Source of the DNA: a virus
Taxonomy: Duplodnaviria > Heunggongvirae > Uroviricota > Caudoviricetes
Length of the DNA stretch: 32,438 nucleotides
Virus record (IMG/VR): IMGVR_UViG_2534681773_000029
Direction: 5' to 3' (one strand)
The notes beneath the pieces were generated by a model. It did no database searches, had not been told where the DNA came from, and saw nothing but the letters and a program-made list of their open reading frames with translations. Of the stretch, positions 17,674 through 26,903 are shown piece after piece. Numbering within the stretch: the stretch's first letter is position 1; each line of letters begins with the position of its first letter. A program made the translations under genes and the position numbers.

Positions 17674-17818
17674 CCCGGAGACGAACGGCGATTTAAGTGC
17701 CGATATCCGGCAGCTTGAGAACGCGCTGGCACGCTGTGCCAGCCAGGTAAAAATGATTAAACACTGTCAGGACGAAAACGATGCTCAAACCCGACAGCCT
17801 GCGCAGGGCGCTGACTGA
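17528..17818 (+). CDS. lysC: Spanin outer-membrane lipoprotein LysC (Rz1-like), embedded in lysB in another frame
   Basis: ATG at 17528 inside lysB; lipoprotein signal with lipobox (MKTKIFAAGTALACLMLCAGC); 96 aa; 3' end overlaps R. Confidence 0.8.
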   Translation: MKTKIFAAGTALACLMLCAGCTSARPAPTPVIVHNACPKVSLCPMPGSDPETNGDLSADIRQLENALARCASQVKMIKHCQDENDAQTRQPAQGAD

Positions 17819-18248
17819 TGCCGTCACGGTGCTGAAAACCAGTCCAGAGATGCTTCGGATATTCGTGGATAACGGGAGTATTGCCTCCACGCTGGCGACG
17901 TCGCTGTCGTTCGAAAAGCGTTACACGCTCAATGTGATTGTGACCGACTTTACCGGTGATTTTGACCTGCTCATCGTGCCGGTGTTGGCGTGGCTGCGGG
18001 AAAATCAGCCCGACATCATGACCACTGACGAAGGCCAGAAAAAGGGCTTCACGTTTTATGCAGACATCAACAATGACAGCAGCTTTGATATCAGCATCAG
18101 CCTGATGCTGACCGAGCGCACGCTGGTCAGTGAGGTGGACGGCGCACTGCATGTGAAGAACATCCCGGAACCTCCGCCGCCGGAGCCGGTCACCCGCCCG
18201 ATGGAGCTGTATATCAATGGCGAACTGGTGAGCAAGTGGGATGAATGA
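17781..18248 (+). CDS. R: Tail completion protein gpR
   Basis: 155-aa ORF, syntenic with P2 R. Confidence 0.85.
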   Translation: MLKPDSLRRALTDAVTVLKTSPEMLRIFVDNGSIASTLATSLSFEKRYTLNVIVTDFTGDFDLLIVPVLAWLRENQPDIMTTDEGQKKGFTFYADINNDSSFDISISLMLTERTLVSEVDGALHVKNIPEPPPPEPVTRPMELYINGELVSKWDE

Positions 18249-18693
18249 GTTTAAGCGTTTTGAAGACCGGCTGACCGGACTGACTGAATCGCTGTCACCG
18301 TCAGGGCGTCGGCGACTGAGTGCCGAACTGGCGAAACGTCTGCGGCAGAGTCAGCAGCGTCGGGTGATGGCACAGAAAGCCCCGGACGGCACACCCTACG
18401 CGCCACGCCAGCAGCAGAGCGCCAGAAAAAAGACTGGTCGTGTTAAGCGAAAAATGTTTGCGAAACTTATCACCAGTCGTTTTTTGCATATCCGTGCCAG
18501 CCCGGAGCAGGCATCAATGGAATTTTACGGCGGGAAGTCGCCGAAAATCGCCAGTGTGCATCAGTTTGGTCTGTCGGAAGAAAACCGGAAAGACGGTAAG
18601 AAAATTGATTATCCGGCGCGTCCTCTGCTCGGCTTTACCGGTGAGGATGTGCAGATGATTGAAGAGATTATTCTGGCTCACCTCGACCGTTAG
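18241..18693 (+). CDS. S: Tail completion protein gpS
   Basis: 150-aa ORF overlapping the R stop. Confidence 0.85.
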   Translation: MNEFKRFEDRLTGLTESLSPSGRRRLSAELAKRLRQSQQRRVMAQKAPDGTPYAPRQQQSARKKTGRVKRKMFAKLITSRFLHIRASPEQASMEFYGGKSPKIASVHQFGLSEENRKDGKKIDYPARPLLGFTGEDVQMIEEIILAHLDR

Positions 18694-18759
18694 TTGTGCC
18701 ATTCCCGACACCTCATCGTCACATTGCCGCCGGTATGACCCGGCGGCATCCTTCCCGTT

Positions 18760-19395
18760 ATGAACACTCTCGCAAATATCCAGGAACTCGCGCGCGCACT
18801 GCGCAACATGATTCGCACCGGCATTATCGTCGAAACCGACCTTAACGCCGGTCGCTGCCGTGTGCAGACCGGCGGCATGTGCACCGACTGGCTTCAGTGG
18901 CTGACCCATCGTGCCGGACGTTCGCGTACATGGTGGGCACCTTCCGTGGGGGAACAGGTGCTGATTCTGGCCGTGGGCGGTGAACTCGACACGGCGTTCG
19001 TTCTGCCGGGGATTTATTCCGGCGATAACCCCGCGCCGTCTGCGTCGGCGGATGCCCTGCATATCCGTTTCCCTGACGGGGCGGTGATTGAGTATGAACC
19101 CGAAACCAGTGCACTCACGGTAAGCGGAATTAAAACGGCCAGCGTGACGGCTTCTGATTCTGTTACTGCCACGGTGCCGGTGGTCATGGTGAAAGCGTCA
19201 ACCCGCATCACCCTGGACACACCGGAGGTGGTCTGCACCAACAGGCTGATTACCGGCACGCTGGAAGTGCAGAAGGGCGGGACGATGCGCGGCAACATTG
19301 AACACACCGGCGGTGAACTCTCATCAAACGGTAAGGTACTGCATACCCATAAACACCCCGGCGACAGCGGCGGCACAACCGGGAGTCCTCTATGA
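18760..19395 (+). CDS. V: Baseplate spike protein gpV
   Basis: 211-aa ORF, first gene of the baseplate operon. Confidence 0.85.
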   Translation: MNTLANIQELARALRNMIRTGIIVETDLNAGRCRVQTGGMCTDWLQWLTHRAGRSRTWWAPSVGEQVLILAVGGELDTAFVLPGIYSGDNPAPSASADALHIRFPDGAVIEYEPETSALTVSGIKTASVTASDSVTATVPVVMVKASTRITLDTPEVVCTNRLITGTLEVQKGGTMRGNIEHTGGELSSNGKVLHTHKHPGDSGGTTGSPL

Positions 19396-19739
19396 CAGCG
19401 CGTTATCTCGGAATGAATCGCAGTGATGGCCTGACTGTCACTGACCTTGAGCATATCAGCCAGAGTATCGGCGATATCCTGCGCACGCCGGTCGGCTCAC
19501 GGGTGATGCGTCGTGATTACGGCTCGTTGCTGGCGTCAATGATTGACCAGCCGCAGACCCCGGCGCTTGAGTTGCAGATTAAGGTCGCCTGTTACATGGC
19601 GGTGCTGAAATGGGAACCCCGCGTCACCCTGTCATCCGTCACCACTGAGCGCAGTTTTGACGGGCGAATGACGGTCACGTTAACCGGCCAGCACAACGAC
19701 ACCGGCCAGCCACTTTCGTTAACCATCCCTGTGAGTTGA
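19392..19739 (+). CDS. W: Baseplate wedge protein gpW
   Basis: 115-aa ORF overlapping the V stop. Confidence 0.85.
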   Translation: MTARYLGMNRSDGLTVTDLEHISQSIGDILRTPVGSRVMRRDYGSLLASMIDQPQTPALELQIKVACYMAVLKWEPRVTLSSVTTERSFDGRMTVTLTGQHNDTGQPLSLTIPVS

Positions 19740-19743
19740 AACC

Positions 19744-20652
19744 ATGCCGATTATCGACCTGAACCAGCTACCCGCACCGGATGTGGTCGAGGAGCTGGAC
19801 TTTGAAACCATTCTCGCCGAACGCAAGGCGACACTGATTTCCCTTTACCCGGAAGACCAGCAGGAGGCGGTCGCCCGTACCCTGACGCTGGAATCCGAGC
19901 CTCTCGTCAAACTGCTGGAGGAAAATGCTTATCGTGAGCTTATCTGGCGTCAGCGTGTGAATGAGGCCGCACGGGCGGTGATGCTGGCCTGTGCCGCGGG
20001 TAATGACCTTGATGTGATTGGTGCCAATTACAACACCACGCGTCTGACTATCACCCCGGCAGATGATTCGACTATCCCGCCGACACCGGCAGTGATGGAG
20101 TCTGACACCGATTATCGTCTGCGTATTCAGCAGGCGTTTGAGGGCTTAAGCGTCGCCGGGTCGGTGGGTGCCTATCAGTATCATGGTCGCAGTGCCGACG
20201 GGCGTGTCGCGGATATCTCTGTCACCAGTCCGTCTCCGGCCTGCGTCACCATCTCTGTGCTGTCACGTGAGAATAACGGCGTCGCATCCGAAGACCTGCT
20301 GGCCGTGGTGCGTAACGCCCTTAATGGCGAGGACGTCAGGCCGGTGGCCGACCGCGTGACCGTGCAGTCTGCCGCCATCGTTGAATACCAGATAAACGCC
20401 ACGCTTTACCTTTACCCTGGTCCCGAAAGCGAACCCATCCGCGCTGCTGCCGTGAAAAAACTGGAAGCGTACATCACGGCACAGCACCGGCTGGGGCGCG
20501 ACATCCGTCTGTCTGCCATTTATGCCGCTTTGCATGTGGAAGGCGTGCAGCGTGTCGAGCTGGCCGCACCACTGGCCGACATCGTGCTCAACAATACGCA
20601 GGCGTCTTTCTGTACTGAATACAGCGTCGTGACGGGAGGCTCGGATGAGTGA
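19744..20652 (+). CDS. J: Baseplate protein gpJ
   Basis: 302-aa ORF, matches P2 J. Confidence 0.85.
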   Translation: MPIIDLNQLPAPDVVEELDFETILAERKATLISLYPEDQQEAVARTLTLESEPLVKLLEENAYRELIWRQRVNEAARAVMLACAAGNDLDVIGANYNTTRLTITPADDSTIPPTPAVMESDTDYRLRIQQAFEGLSVAGSVGAYQYHGRSADGRVADISVTSPSPACVTISVLSRENNGVASEDLLAVVRNALNGEDVRPVADRVTVQSAAIVEYQINATLYLYPGPESEPIRAAAVKKLEAYITAQHRLGRDIRLSAIYAALHVEGVQRVELAAPLADIVLNNTQASFCTEYSVVTGGSDE

Positions 20653-21256
20653 TTCGCGACTGCTGCCAACCGGCTCATCACCGCTTGAAGTTGCCGCCGC
20701 AAAAGCCTGTGCGGAAATTGAAAAAACACCGGTCAGTATTCGTGAGCTGTGGAACCCGGACACCTGCCCGGCAAATCTGCTGCCGTGGCTGGCGTGGTCA
20801 TTTTCGGTTGACCGCTGGGATGATAAGTGGCCGGAAGCGACAAAACGCGCTGTTATCCGCGATGCGTATTTCATTCACTGCCATAAGGGCACTATAGGCG
20901 CAATCCGGCGTGTGGTGGAGCCGCTCGGCTATCTGATTGAGGTGAGGGAGTGGTGGCAGCTCAACGAGGAGCCGGGGACGTTCCGCATCGTTGTTGGCGT
21001 GCTTGAGCAGGGTATTACCGAGGAAATGTATCAGGAGCTGGAGCGTCTCGTTGCTGATGCAAAACCGGCAAGCCGCCATCTGACGGGACTGGCTATCAGT
21101 TTAAGTACAACCGGCAACATTTTTGCCGGTGCGGGATGCTATCACGGTGACGCCCTGACGGTTTATCCCTACACCCCGGAGGCCATTATTGTCGGAGGGG
21201 ATTATTTCCCAGCCTCGGCCATTCATTTAATTGATAACCTGAGAGTAAACGCATGA
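20645..21256 (+). CDS. I: Baseplate protein gpI
   Basis: 203-aa ORF with GGGAGG SD, overlapping J stop and H start. Confidence 0.8.
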   Translation: MSDSRLLPTGSSPLEVAAAKACAEIEKTPVSIRELWNPDTCPANLLPWLAWSFSVDRWDDKWPEATKRAVIRDAYFIHCHKGTIGAIRRVVEPLGYLIEVREWWQLNEEPGTFRIVVGVLEQGITEEMYQELERLVADAKPASRHLTGLAISLSTTGNIFAGAGCYHGDALTVYPYTPEAIIVGGDYFPASAIHLIDNLRVNA

Positions 21257-22611
21257 CAGTGAAATACTACGCCATTCTGACTAATCAGGGCGCGGCACGG
21301 CTGGCTAACGCGACGATGCTCGGCAGTAAGCTGAATCTGACGCAAATGGCCGTTGGTGATGCGAATGGTGTCTTGCCGACACCAGACCCGGCACAGACAA
21401 AACTGATTAACCAGAAACGCATCGCGCCGCTGAATCTTCTGAGTGTTGACCCGAACAACCAGAGCCAGATTATTGCGGAGCAAATCATCCCTGAGAACGA
21501 GGGCGGATTCTGGATCCGTGAGATTGGGCTTTATGATGATGAAGGCGTACTCATTGCGGTGGCGAACTGCCCGGAAACGTACAAACCGCAGTTGCAGGAA
21601 GGCAGTGGTCGTACCCAGACTATCCGCATGATTCTGGTTGTCACGAATACCGAAGCTATTACGCTGAAAATCGACCCGTCGGTGGTACTGGCGACCCGTA
21701 AATACGTGGATGATGAAGTCCTGGAATTAAGGCTGTATGTGGATGACCAGATGAGAAAACACATTGCCGCACAGGACCCTCATACCCAGTATGCACAGAA
21801 ACATAATCCGACATTTACCGGAGAACCAAAAGCGCCGACGCCTGCCGCAGGAAATAACACCACGCGGATTGCGACCACTGAGTTTGTTCAGGCCGCTATT
21901 ACCGCTCTGATTAACGGCGCGCCAGCCACGCTGGACACACTGAAAGAAATTGCCGCAGCCATTAACAATGACCCGAAATTCAGCGCCACCATTAACAATG
22001 CGCTGTCAGGTAAGCAGCCACTGGATGAGACGCTAACTCATTTGAGTGGGAAGGATGTTGCCGGTCTTCTCGCATACCTTGGTTTGGGAGAAGGTGCTCC
22101 AGCTATTGGCGTTCCGTTCTTCTGGCCGTCCGCAGCAATGCCAGATACCGTAATCGATAGCTGGTCCAGCATGGTGTTTTTGAAGTTCAACGGCGCGAAA
22201 TTCTCTGCCACTGATTACCCTGTGCTGGCGAAAGTGTTTCCGGCGCTGGCATTACCTGACGCACGCGGTGATTTCATTCGTATCTGGGATGACGGGCGCG
22301 GGATTGATGTCGGACGTACCCTACTTTCAGGGCAATCACACACAATTATGGATCATGCACACAATATGGAATTGTGGACGGGGGACGGGCTTGCCGCAGG
22401 AAGTGCACGGGAAGGAGTAAACCCAGGAATACTGGCTACATATGGTGACGGGGGAATAGTTAAAACGGACGAACCCGGTCTTAGGGTGCCTTCCTCACTA
22501 CGAGCTCTTAGCTCGCGTAGTGTTAAACGTTATGGTGAAATTAGTGGAAATGTAGGTACAGAAACCCGTCCACGAAATATTGCATTTAACTTTCTGGTGA
22601 GGGCTAAATAA
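21253..22611 (+). CDS. H: Tail fibre protein gpH (constant N-terminal part plus the variable C-terminal cassette in its current orientation)
   Basis: 452-aa ORF; the crossover site at 22067-22092 lies in frame within it, separating constant and invertible parts. Confidence 0.85.
   Translation: MTVKYYAILTNQGAARLANATMLGSKLNLTQMAVGDANGVLPTPDPAQTKLINQKRIAPLNLLSVDPNNQSQIIAEQIIPENEGGFWIREIGLYDDEGVLIAVANCPETYKPQLQEGSGRTQTIRMILVVTNTEAITLKIDPSVVLATRKYVDDEVLELRLYVDDQMRKHIAAQDPHTQYAQKHNPTFTGEPKAPTPAAGNNTTRIATTEFVQAAITALINGAPATLDTLKEIAAAINNDPKFSATINNALSGKQPLDETLTHLSGKDVAGLLAYLGLGEGAPAIGVPFFWPSAAMPDTVIDSWSSMVFLKFNGAKFSATDYPVLAKVFPALALPDARGDFIRIWDDGRGIDVGRTLLSGQSHTIMDHAHNMELWTGDGLAAGSAREGVNPGILATYGDGGIVKTDEPGLRVPSSLRALSSRSVKRYGEISGNVGTETRPRNIAFNFLVRAK
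22067..22092. repeat. 26-bp invertase crossover site, left (TTCTCGCATACCTTGGTTTGGGAGAA), inside H
   Basis: Imperfect dyad; its right half is the reverse complement of the left half of the site at 23964-23989 (15-bp exact inverted repeat TTGGTTTGGGAGAAG). Confidence 0.75.
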
Positions 22612-23204
22612 TGAAACCTGTTTTTGATGAAAATGGGCTGGCTACAGTACCGGGTAATATGCGTTGTTTTTATTATGAGGCAGTTACGTATGAATATACT
22701 GGCTGGTCTGATGAATATATTAATACTGGCGTAAGTATGCCCGCCTGTTCCACTGGTATTGACCCGGGCGAATACATTCCGGGGAAAGTGGCAGTATTTA
22801 CGGGTAAGGGATGGAGCCATGAAGAAGACCACCGCAATGAGACTGTTTACTCAATCGAAAATGGCGCAGCTGTTACAGTGGATTATATCGGTGCCATCAA
22901 AGACGGTTATGTCACGCTTTCACCGTTAACGCCATACGATAAATGGGATGGTGAGAAATGGGTGACAGATACTGAGGCACAGCATAGTGCCGCAGTAGAC
23001 GCAGCAGAAGCACAGCGCCAGTCGCTGATTGATGCTGCAATGGCTTCCATCAGTCTGATTCAACTGAAATTACAGGCCGGACGGAAGCTGACGCAGGCAG
23101 AAACAACCCGACTTAACGCCGTGCTGGATTACATTGACGCGGTGACGGTAACAGATACCAGCACCGCGCCGGATGTCATCTGGCCTGAACTGCCGGAGGC
23201 GTAG
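22611..23204 (+). CDS. G: Tail fibre assembly protein gpG (cassette in expressed orientation)
   Basis: 197-aa ORF after H; C-terminal motif (DYIDAVTVTDTSTAPDVIWPELP) also present in the minus-strand G' copy. Confidence 0.8.
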   Translation: MKPVFDENGLATVPGNMRCFYYEAVTYEYTGWSDEYINTGVSMPACSTGIDPGEYIPGKVAVFTGKGWSHEEDHRNETVYSIENGAAVTVDYIGAIKDGYVTLSPLTPYDKWDGEKWVTDTEAQHSAAVDAAEAQRQSLIDAAMASISLIQLKLQAGRKLTQAETTRLNAVLDYIDAVTVTDTSTAPDVIWPELPEA

Positions 23205-23616
23205 GCCATTCAATATCTGGCGCACCGGAAGTATCGACCAGTTCCAGTGCGTCCAGATAATCCAGCCACAAATTATATTGCGCCAGTTCCTCACCTTTCA
23301 GGCGACCAATCGCCGCTTTACCAGGCCATTGCTTACTGTTTATGTATTCGTTGACCTGATTAATCAATTGCTGCTTTTCCAGTTCGGCTGCGGCAATTTG
23401 TTCCTCATGAGTTGGCGGTGGAATATCAATCCATGCAGGCATTCCGTCGATGACACCTCTGTATTTTCCTTCTGGTGCTTCCTTCATAAATTCGGCGGCA
23501 ACAGTGTCGTCAATTTCGATTCCATCATCGGGCCATTCGCCGGATTCCTGATAAGCGATTTTAAGCTCCACAGGGAAAAACGCATTTTTATCGGCGCTGA
23601 AAATATATTTCTGCAT
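23176..23616 (-). CDS. Alternative tail fibre assembly protein (G'), silent orientation
   Basis: 146-aa minus-strand ORF convergent with G, 3' ends overlapping; tail-fibre-chaperone-like C-terminus (DYLDALELVDTSGAPDIEWPTPP). Confidence 0.75.
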   Translation of the reverse strand: MQKYIFSADKNAFFPVELKIAYQESGEWPDDGIEIDDTVAAEFMKEAPEGKYRGVIDGMPAWIDIPPPTHEEQIAAAELEKQQLINQVNEYINSKQWPGKAAIGRLKGEELAQYNLWLDYLDALELVDTSGAPDIEWPTPPAVQAR

Positions 23617-23618
23617 TT

Positions 23619-23977
23619 CTACCGTCCTATCGAAATATAACTGAATCTGTATTGCTGTGAGATATCACTGGTTGCCACACGCCACGCTGAATTACTGATA
23701 TGTTCAAAATTTACAGACAAAACCTGCGGGGCAGGATTCGACGGGTCTGACTGAACGGCATCAGACATAACACTGACTGAAACCATCGGCTGATTAGGGA
23801 ATGGTATAGGGAAGTGTCCACTGATAAAGCGGGTCGAGTTTCCTGCAAAAGTGCCAAACTGAACAATATATCCACCTGGTAGCCTGAACCATCCCGAACC
23901 AGAAGCGAATGCTCCCATATCCGGTATCTGATTATCTCCTGTGCCCACATTCCGTTTTGCCGCTTCTCCCAAACCAA
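23619..23977 (-). CDS. Alternative tail fibre C-terminal cassette (Hc'), promoterless until inversion
   Basis: Minus-strand frame 23619..24017 shares the in-frame junction GLGE with H at the crossover site; would fuse to the constant H N-terminus after inversion. Confidence 0.7.
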
Positions 23978-23989
23978 CGTTTATGAAAA
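23964..23989. repeat. 26-bp invertase crossover site, right (TTCTCCCAAACCAACGTTTATGAAAA)
   Basis: Inverted relative to the 22067-22092 site; sits about 55 bp upstream of the invertase gene; hix/gix/cix-like dyad with central AA. Confidence 0.75.
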
Positions 23990-24044
23990 TGCAGAGATAA
24001 CGGGCAACTGGCATCATCTCCGGTTTTTATTCAGGGGGATGCTC

Positions 24045-24638
24045 ATGCTTATTGGCTATGTACGCGTGTCAACAAATGACCAGAACACGGAATTGCAGCG
24101 TAACGCGCTGGAGTGTGCAGGATGTGAGCTGATTTTTGAGGATAAAATCAGCGGCACGAAGTCCGACCGACCGGGACTGAAAAAACTGCTCAGAACATTA
24201 TCAGCAGGTGACACTCTGGTGGTCTGGAAGCTGGACAGGCTGGGGCGTAGTATGCGGCATCTGGTCATTCTGGTTGAGGAACTGCGCGAACGCGGCGTTA
24301 ATTTTCGCAGCCTGACGGATGCCATTGATACCAGCACGCCGATGGGACGTTTTTTCTTTCATGTGATGGGTGCCCTGGCTGAAATGGAACGAGAACTCAT
24401 TGTCGAGCGGACTCGCGCCGGACTGGAAGCGGCCAGAGCCAAAGGTCGTATTGGTGGCAGACGTCCGAAACTCACCGCGAGTGAGTGGGAGCAGGTCGGA
24501 CGGTTGCTGGCTCCGGGGGAATCTCGTCAACGCGTGGCACTGATTTTTGATATTGGCCTGTCCACGCTCTATAAAAAATTTCCCTCATCAGCGACAAAGA
24601 ATAAATTGTGTCATCCCTTAGCCAACCGGGACAAATAG
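24045..24638 (+). CDS. Serine DNA invertase, Gin/Hin/Cin/Pin family
   Basis: N-terminus MLIGYVRVSTNDQNTELQRNAL with catalytic serine context and C-terminal HTH region; start at 24045 preferred (GGGGG SD) over 24039. Confidence 0.9.
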   Translation: MLIGYVRVSTNDQNTELQRNALECAGCELIFEDKISGTKSDRPGLKKLLRTLSAGDTLVVWKLDRLGRSMRHLVILVEELRERGVNFRSLTDAIDTSTPMGRFFFHVMGALAEMERELIVERTRAGLEAARAKGRIGGRRPKLTASEWEQVGRLLAPGESRQRVALIFDIGLSTLYKKFPSSATKNKLCHPLANRDK

Positions 24639-24697
24639 CCTGACATCTCCGGCACAACTGAAAATATCACTCACCCATTAACCACGGAGTTAAACGG

Positions 24698-25888
24698 ATG
24701 AGTGACTATCATCACGGCGTGCAGGTGCTGGAGATTAACGACGGCACCCGCGTCATTTCCACCGTATCCACTGCCATTGTTGGCATGGTCTGCACGGCCA
24801 GCGATGCGGATGCGGAAACCTTCCCCCTCAATAAACCGGTGCTGATTACCAATGTGCAGAGCGCAATTGCAAAGGCCGGTAAAAAAGGCACGCTGGCGGC
24901 ATCGTTGCAGGCCATCGCCGACCAGTCAAAACCGGTCACCGTTGTCGTGCGTGTGGAAGATGGCACCGGTGACGACGAGGAAACGAAACTCGCGCAGACC
25001 GTTTCCAATATCATCGGCACCACCGACGAAAACGGTCAGTACACCGGACTGAAAGCCCTGCTGGCGGCGGAGTCGGTAACCGGTGTTAAACCGCGCATTC
25101 TCGGTGTGCCGGGACTGGACACCAAAGAGGTGGCTGTTGCACTGGCATCAGTCTGTCAGAAGCTGCGCGCTTTCGGGTATATCAGCGCATGGGGCTGTAA
25201 AACCATTTCCGAGGTGAAAGCCTACCGCCAGAATTTCAGCCAGCGTGAGCTGATGGTCATCTGGCCGGATTTCCTCGCATGGGATACGGTCACCAGTACC
25301 ACCGCCACCGCGTATGCCACCGCCCGTGCGCTGGGTCTGCGCGCTAAAATCGACCAGGAGCAGGGCTGGCATAAAACGCTGTCCAACGTTGGGGTGAACG
25401 GTGTTACCGGCATCAGCGCCTCTGTATTCTGGGATTTGCAGGAGTCCGGCACCGATGCTGACCTGCTTAACGAGTCAGGCGTCACAACGCTGATTCGCCG
25501 TGACGGTTTCCGCTTCTGGGGTAACCGTACCTGCTCTGATGACCCGCTGTTCCTCTTTGAAAACTACACCCGCACCGCGCAGGTGCTGGCCGATACGATG
25601 GCTGAGGCGCACATGTGGGCGGTGGACAAGCCCATCACCGCAACGCTGATTCGCGACATCGTTGACGGCATCAATGCCAAATTCCGTGAGCTGAAAACAA
25701 ACGGCTATATCGTGGATGCGACCTGCTGGTTCAGCGAAGAATCCAACGATGCGGAAACCCTTAAGGCCGGAAAACTGTATATCGACTACGACTATACCCC
25801 GGTGCCTCCTCTTGAAAACCTGACCCTGCGCCAGCGTATTACCGATAAATATCTGGCAAATCTGGTCACCTCGGTTAACAGCAATTAA
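24698..25888 (+). CDS. FI: Tail sheath protein gpFI
   Basis: 396-aa ORF, matches P2 FI length and position. Confidence 0.9.
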   Translation: MSDYHHGVQVLEINDGTRVISTVSTAIVGMVCTASDADAETFPLNKPVLITNVQSAIAKAGKKGTLAASLQAIADQSKPVTVVVRVEDGTGDDEETKLAQTVSNIIGTTDENGQYTGLKALLAAESVTGVKPRILGVPGLDTKEVAVALASVCQKLRAFGYISAWGCKTISEVKAYRQNFSQRELMVIWPDFLAWDTVTSTTATAYATARALGLRAKIDQEQGWHKTLSNVGVNGVTGISASVFWDLQESGTDADLLNESGVTTLIRRDGFRFWGNRTCSDDPLFLFENYTRTAQVLADTMAEAHMWAVDKPITATLIRDIVDGINAKFRELKTNGYIVDATCWFSEESNDAETLKAGKLYIDYDYTPVPPLENLTLRQRITDKYLANLVTSVNSN

Positions 25889-25900
25889 GGAGCCTGACCG

Positions 25901-26419
25901 ATGGCAATGCCGCGCAAACTCAAGTTAATGAACGTCTTTCTGAACGGCTACAGCTATCAGGGCGTTGCAAAGTCCGTCACGCTGCCAAAACTGACCCGTA
26001 AGCTCGAAAACTATCGCGGTGCGGGGATGAACGGCAGCGCACCGGTAGACCTCGGTCTTGATGACGATGCGCTGTCAATGGAGTGGTCGCTCGGTGGCTT
26101 CCCGGATTCGGTTATCTGGGAGCTTTACGCCGCAACCGGTGTGGATGCTGTGCCGATTCGTTTTGCAGGCTCTTACCAGCGTGACGATACCGGCGAAACG
26201 GTGGCCGTCGAAGTGGTCATGCGTGGACGTCAGAAAGAAATCGACACCGGCGAGGGTAAACAGGGAGAAGACACTGAGTCGAAAATCTCCGTGGTCTGCA
26301 CCTATTTCCGGCTGACGATGGACGGTAAGGAGCTGGTCGAAATCGACACCATCAACATGATTGAGAAGGTGAACAGCGTCGACCGGCTGGAGCAACACCG
26401 CCGCAATATCGGCCTGTGA
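25901..26419 (+). CDS. FII: Tail tube protein gpFII
   Basis: 172-aa ORF after the sheath gene. Confidence 0.9.
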   Translation: MAMPRKLKLMNVFLNGYSYQGVAKSVTLPKLTRKLENYRGAGMNGSAPVDLGLDDDALSMEWSLGGFPDSVIWELYAATGVDAVPIRFAGSYQRDDTGETVAVEVVMRGRQKEIDTGEGKQGEDTESKISVVCTYFRLTMDGKELVEIDTINMIEKVNSVDRLEQHRRNIGL

Positions 26420-26475
26420 TTTTCATCCGGTCAGCCAGGCTGACCGGTTAACCCTGATTCAGAAGTGAGAAAACC

Positions 26476-26751
26476 ATGAACAAAGAAAATGTGATTACCC
26501 TGGACAATCCGGTCAAGCGTGGTGAGCAGGTCATCGAACAGGTCACGCTGATGAAACCCAATGCCGGGACGCTGCGCGGTGTCAGTCTGGCAGCGGTCGC
26601 GAACTCCGAAGTCGATGCACTGATTAAGGTGCTGCCGCGCATGACGGCACCGATGCTGACCGAGCAGGAAGTCGCCGCGCTGGAACTGCCTGACCTTGTG
26701 GCGCTGGCCGGTAAGGTGGTCGGTTTTTTGTCGCCGAACTCGGTTCAGTGA
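26476..26751 (+). CDS. E: Tail assembly chaperone gpE
   Basis: 91-aa ORF ending just after a TTTTTTG slippery heptamer. Confidence 0.85.
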   Translation: MNKENVITLDNPVKRGEQVIEQVTLMKPNAGTLRGVSLAAVANSEVDALIKVLPRMTAPMLTEQEVAALELPDLVALAGKVVGFLSPNSVQ

Positions 26752-26903
26752 CGTTTCCGAAAAATCTGTCGGTCGATGACCTGATGGCGGATGTGGCAGT
26801 GATATTTCACTGGCCGCCATCAGAACTGTATCCCATGAGCCTGACCGAACTCATCACATGGCGCGAAAAGGCGCTCCGGCGAAGCGGAAACACGAATGAG
26901 TGA
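26476..26903 (+). CDS. gpE+E' fusion made by programmed -1 ribosomal frameshift at slippery site 26724-26730
   Basis: The -1 frame is open from the slip site to TGA at 26901-26903, overlapping the T start; hand-translated extension VAELGSVTFPKNL...WREKALRRSGNTNE. Confidence 0.75.
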
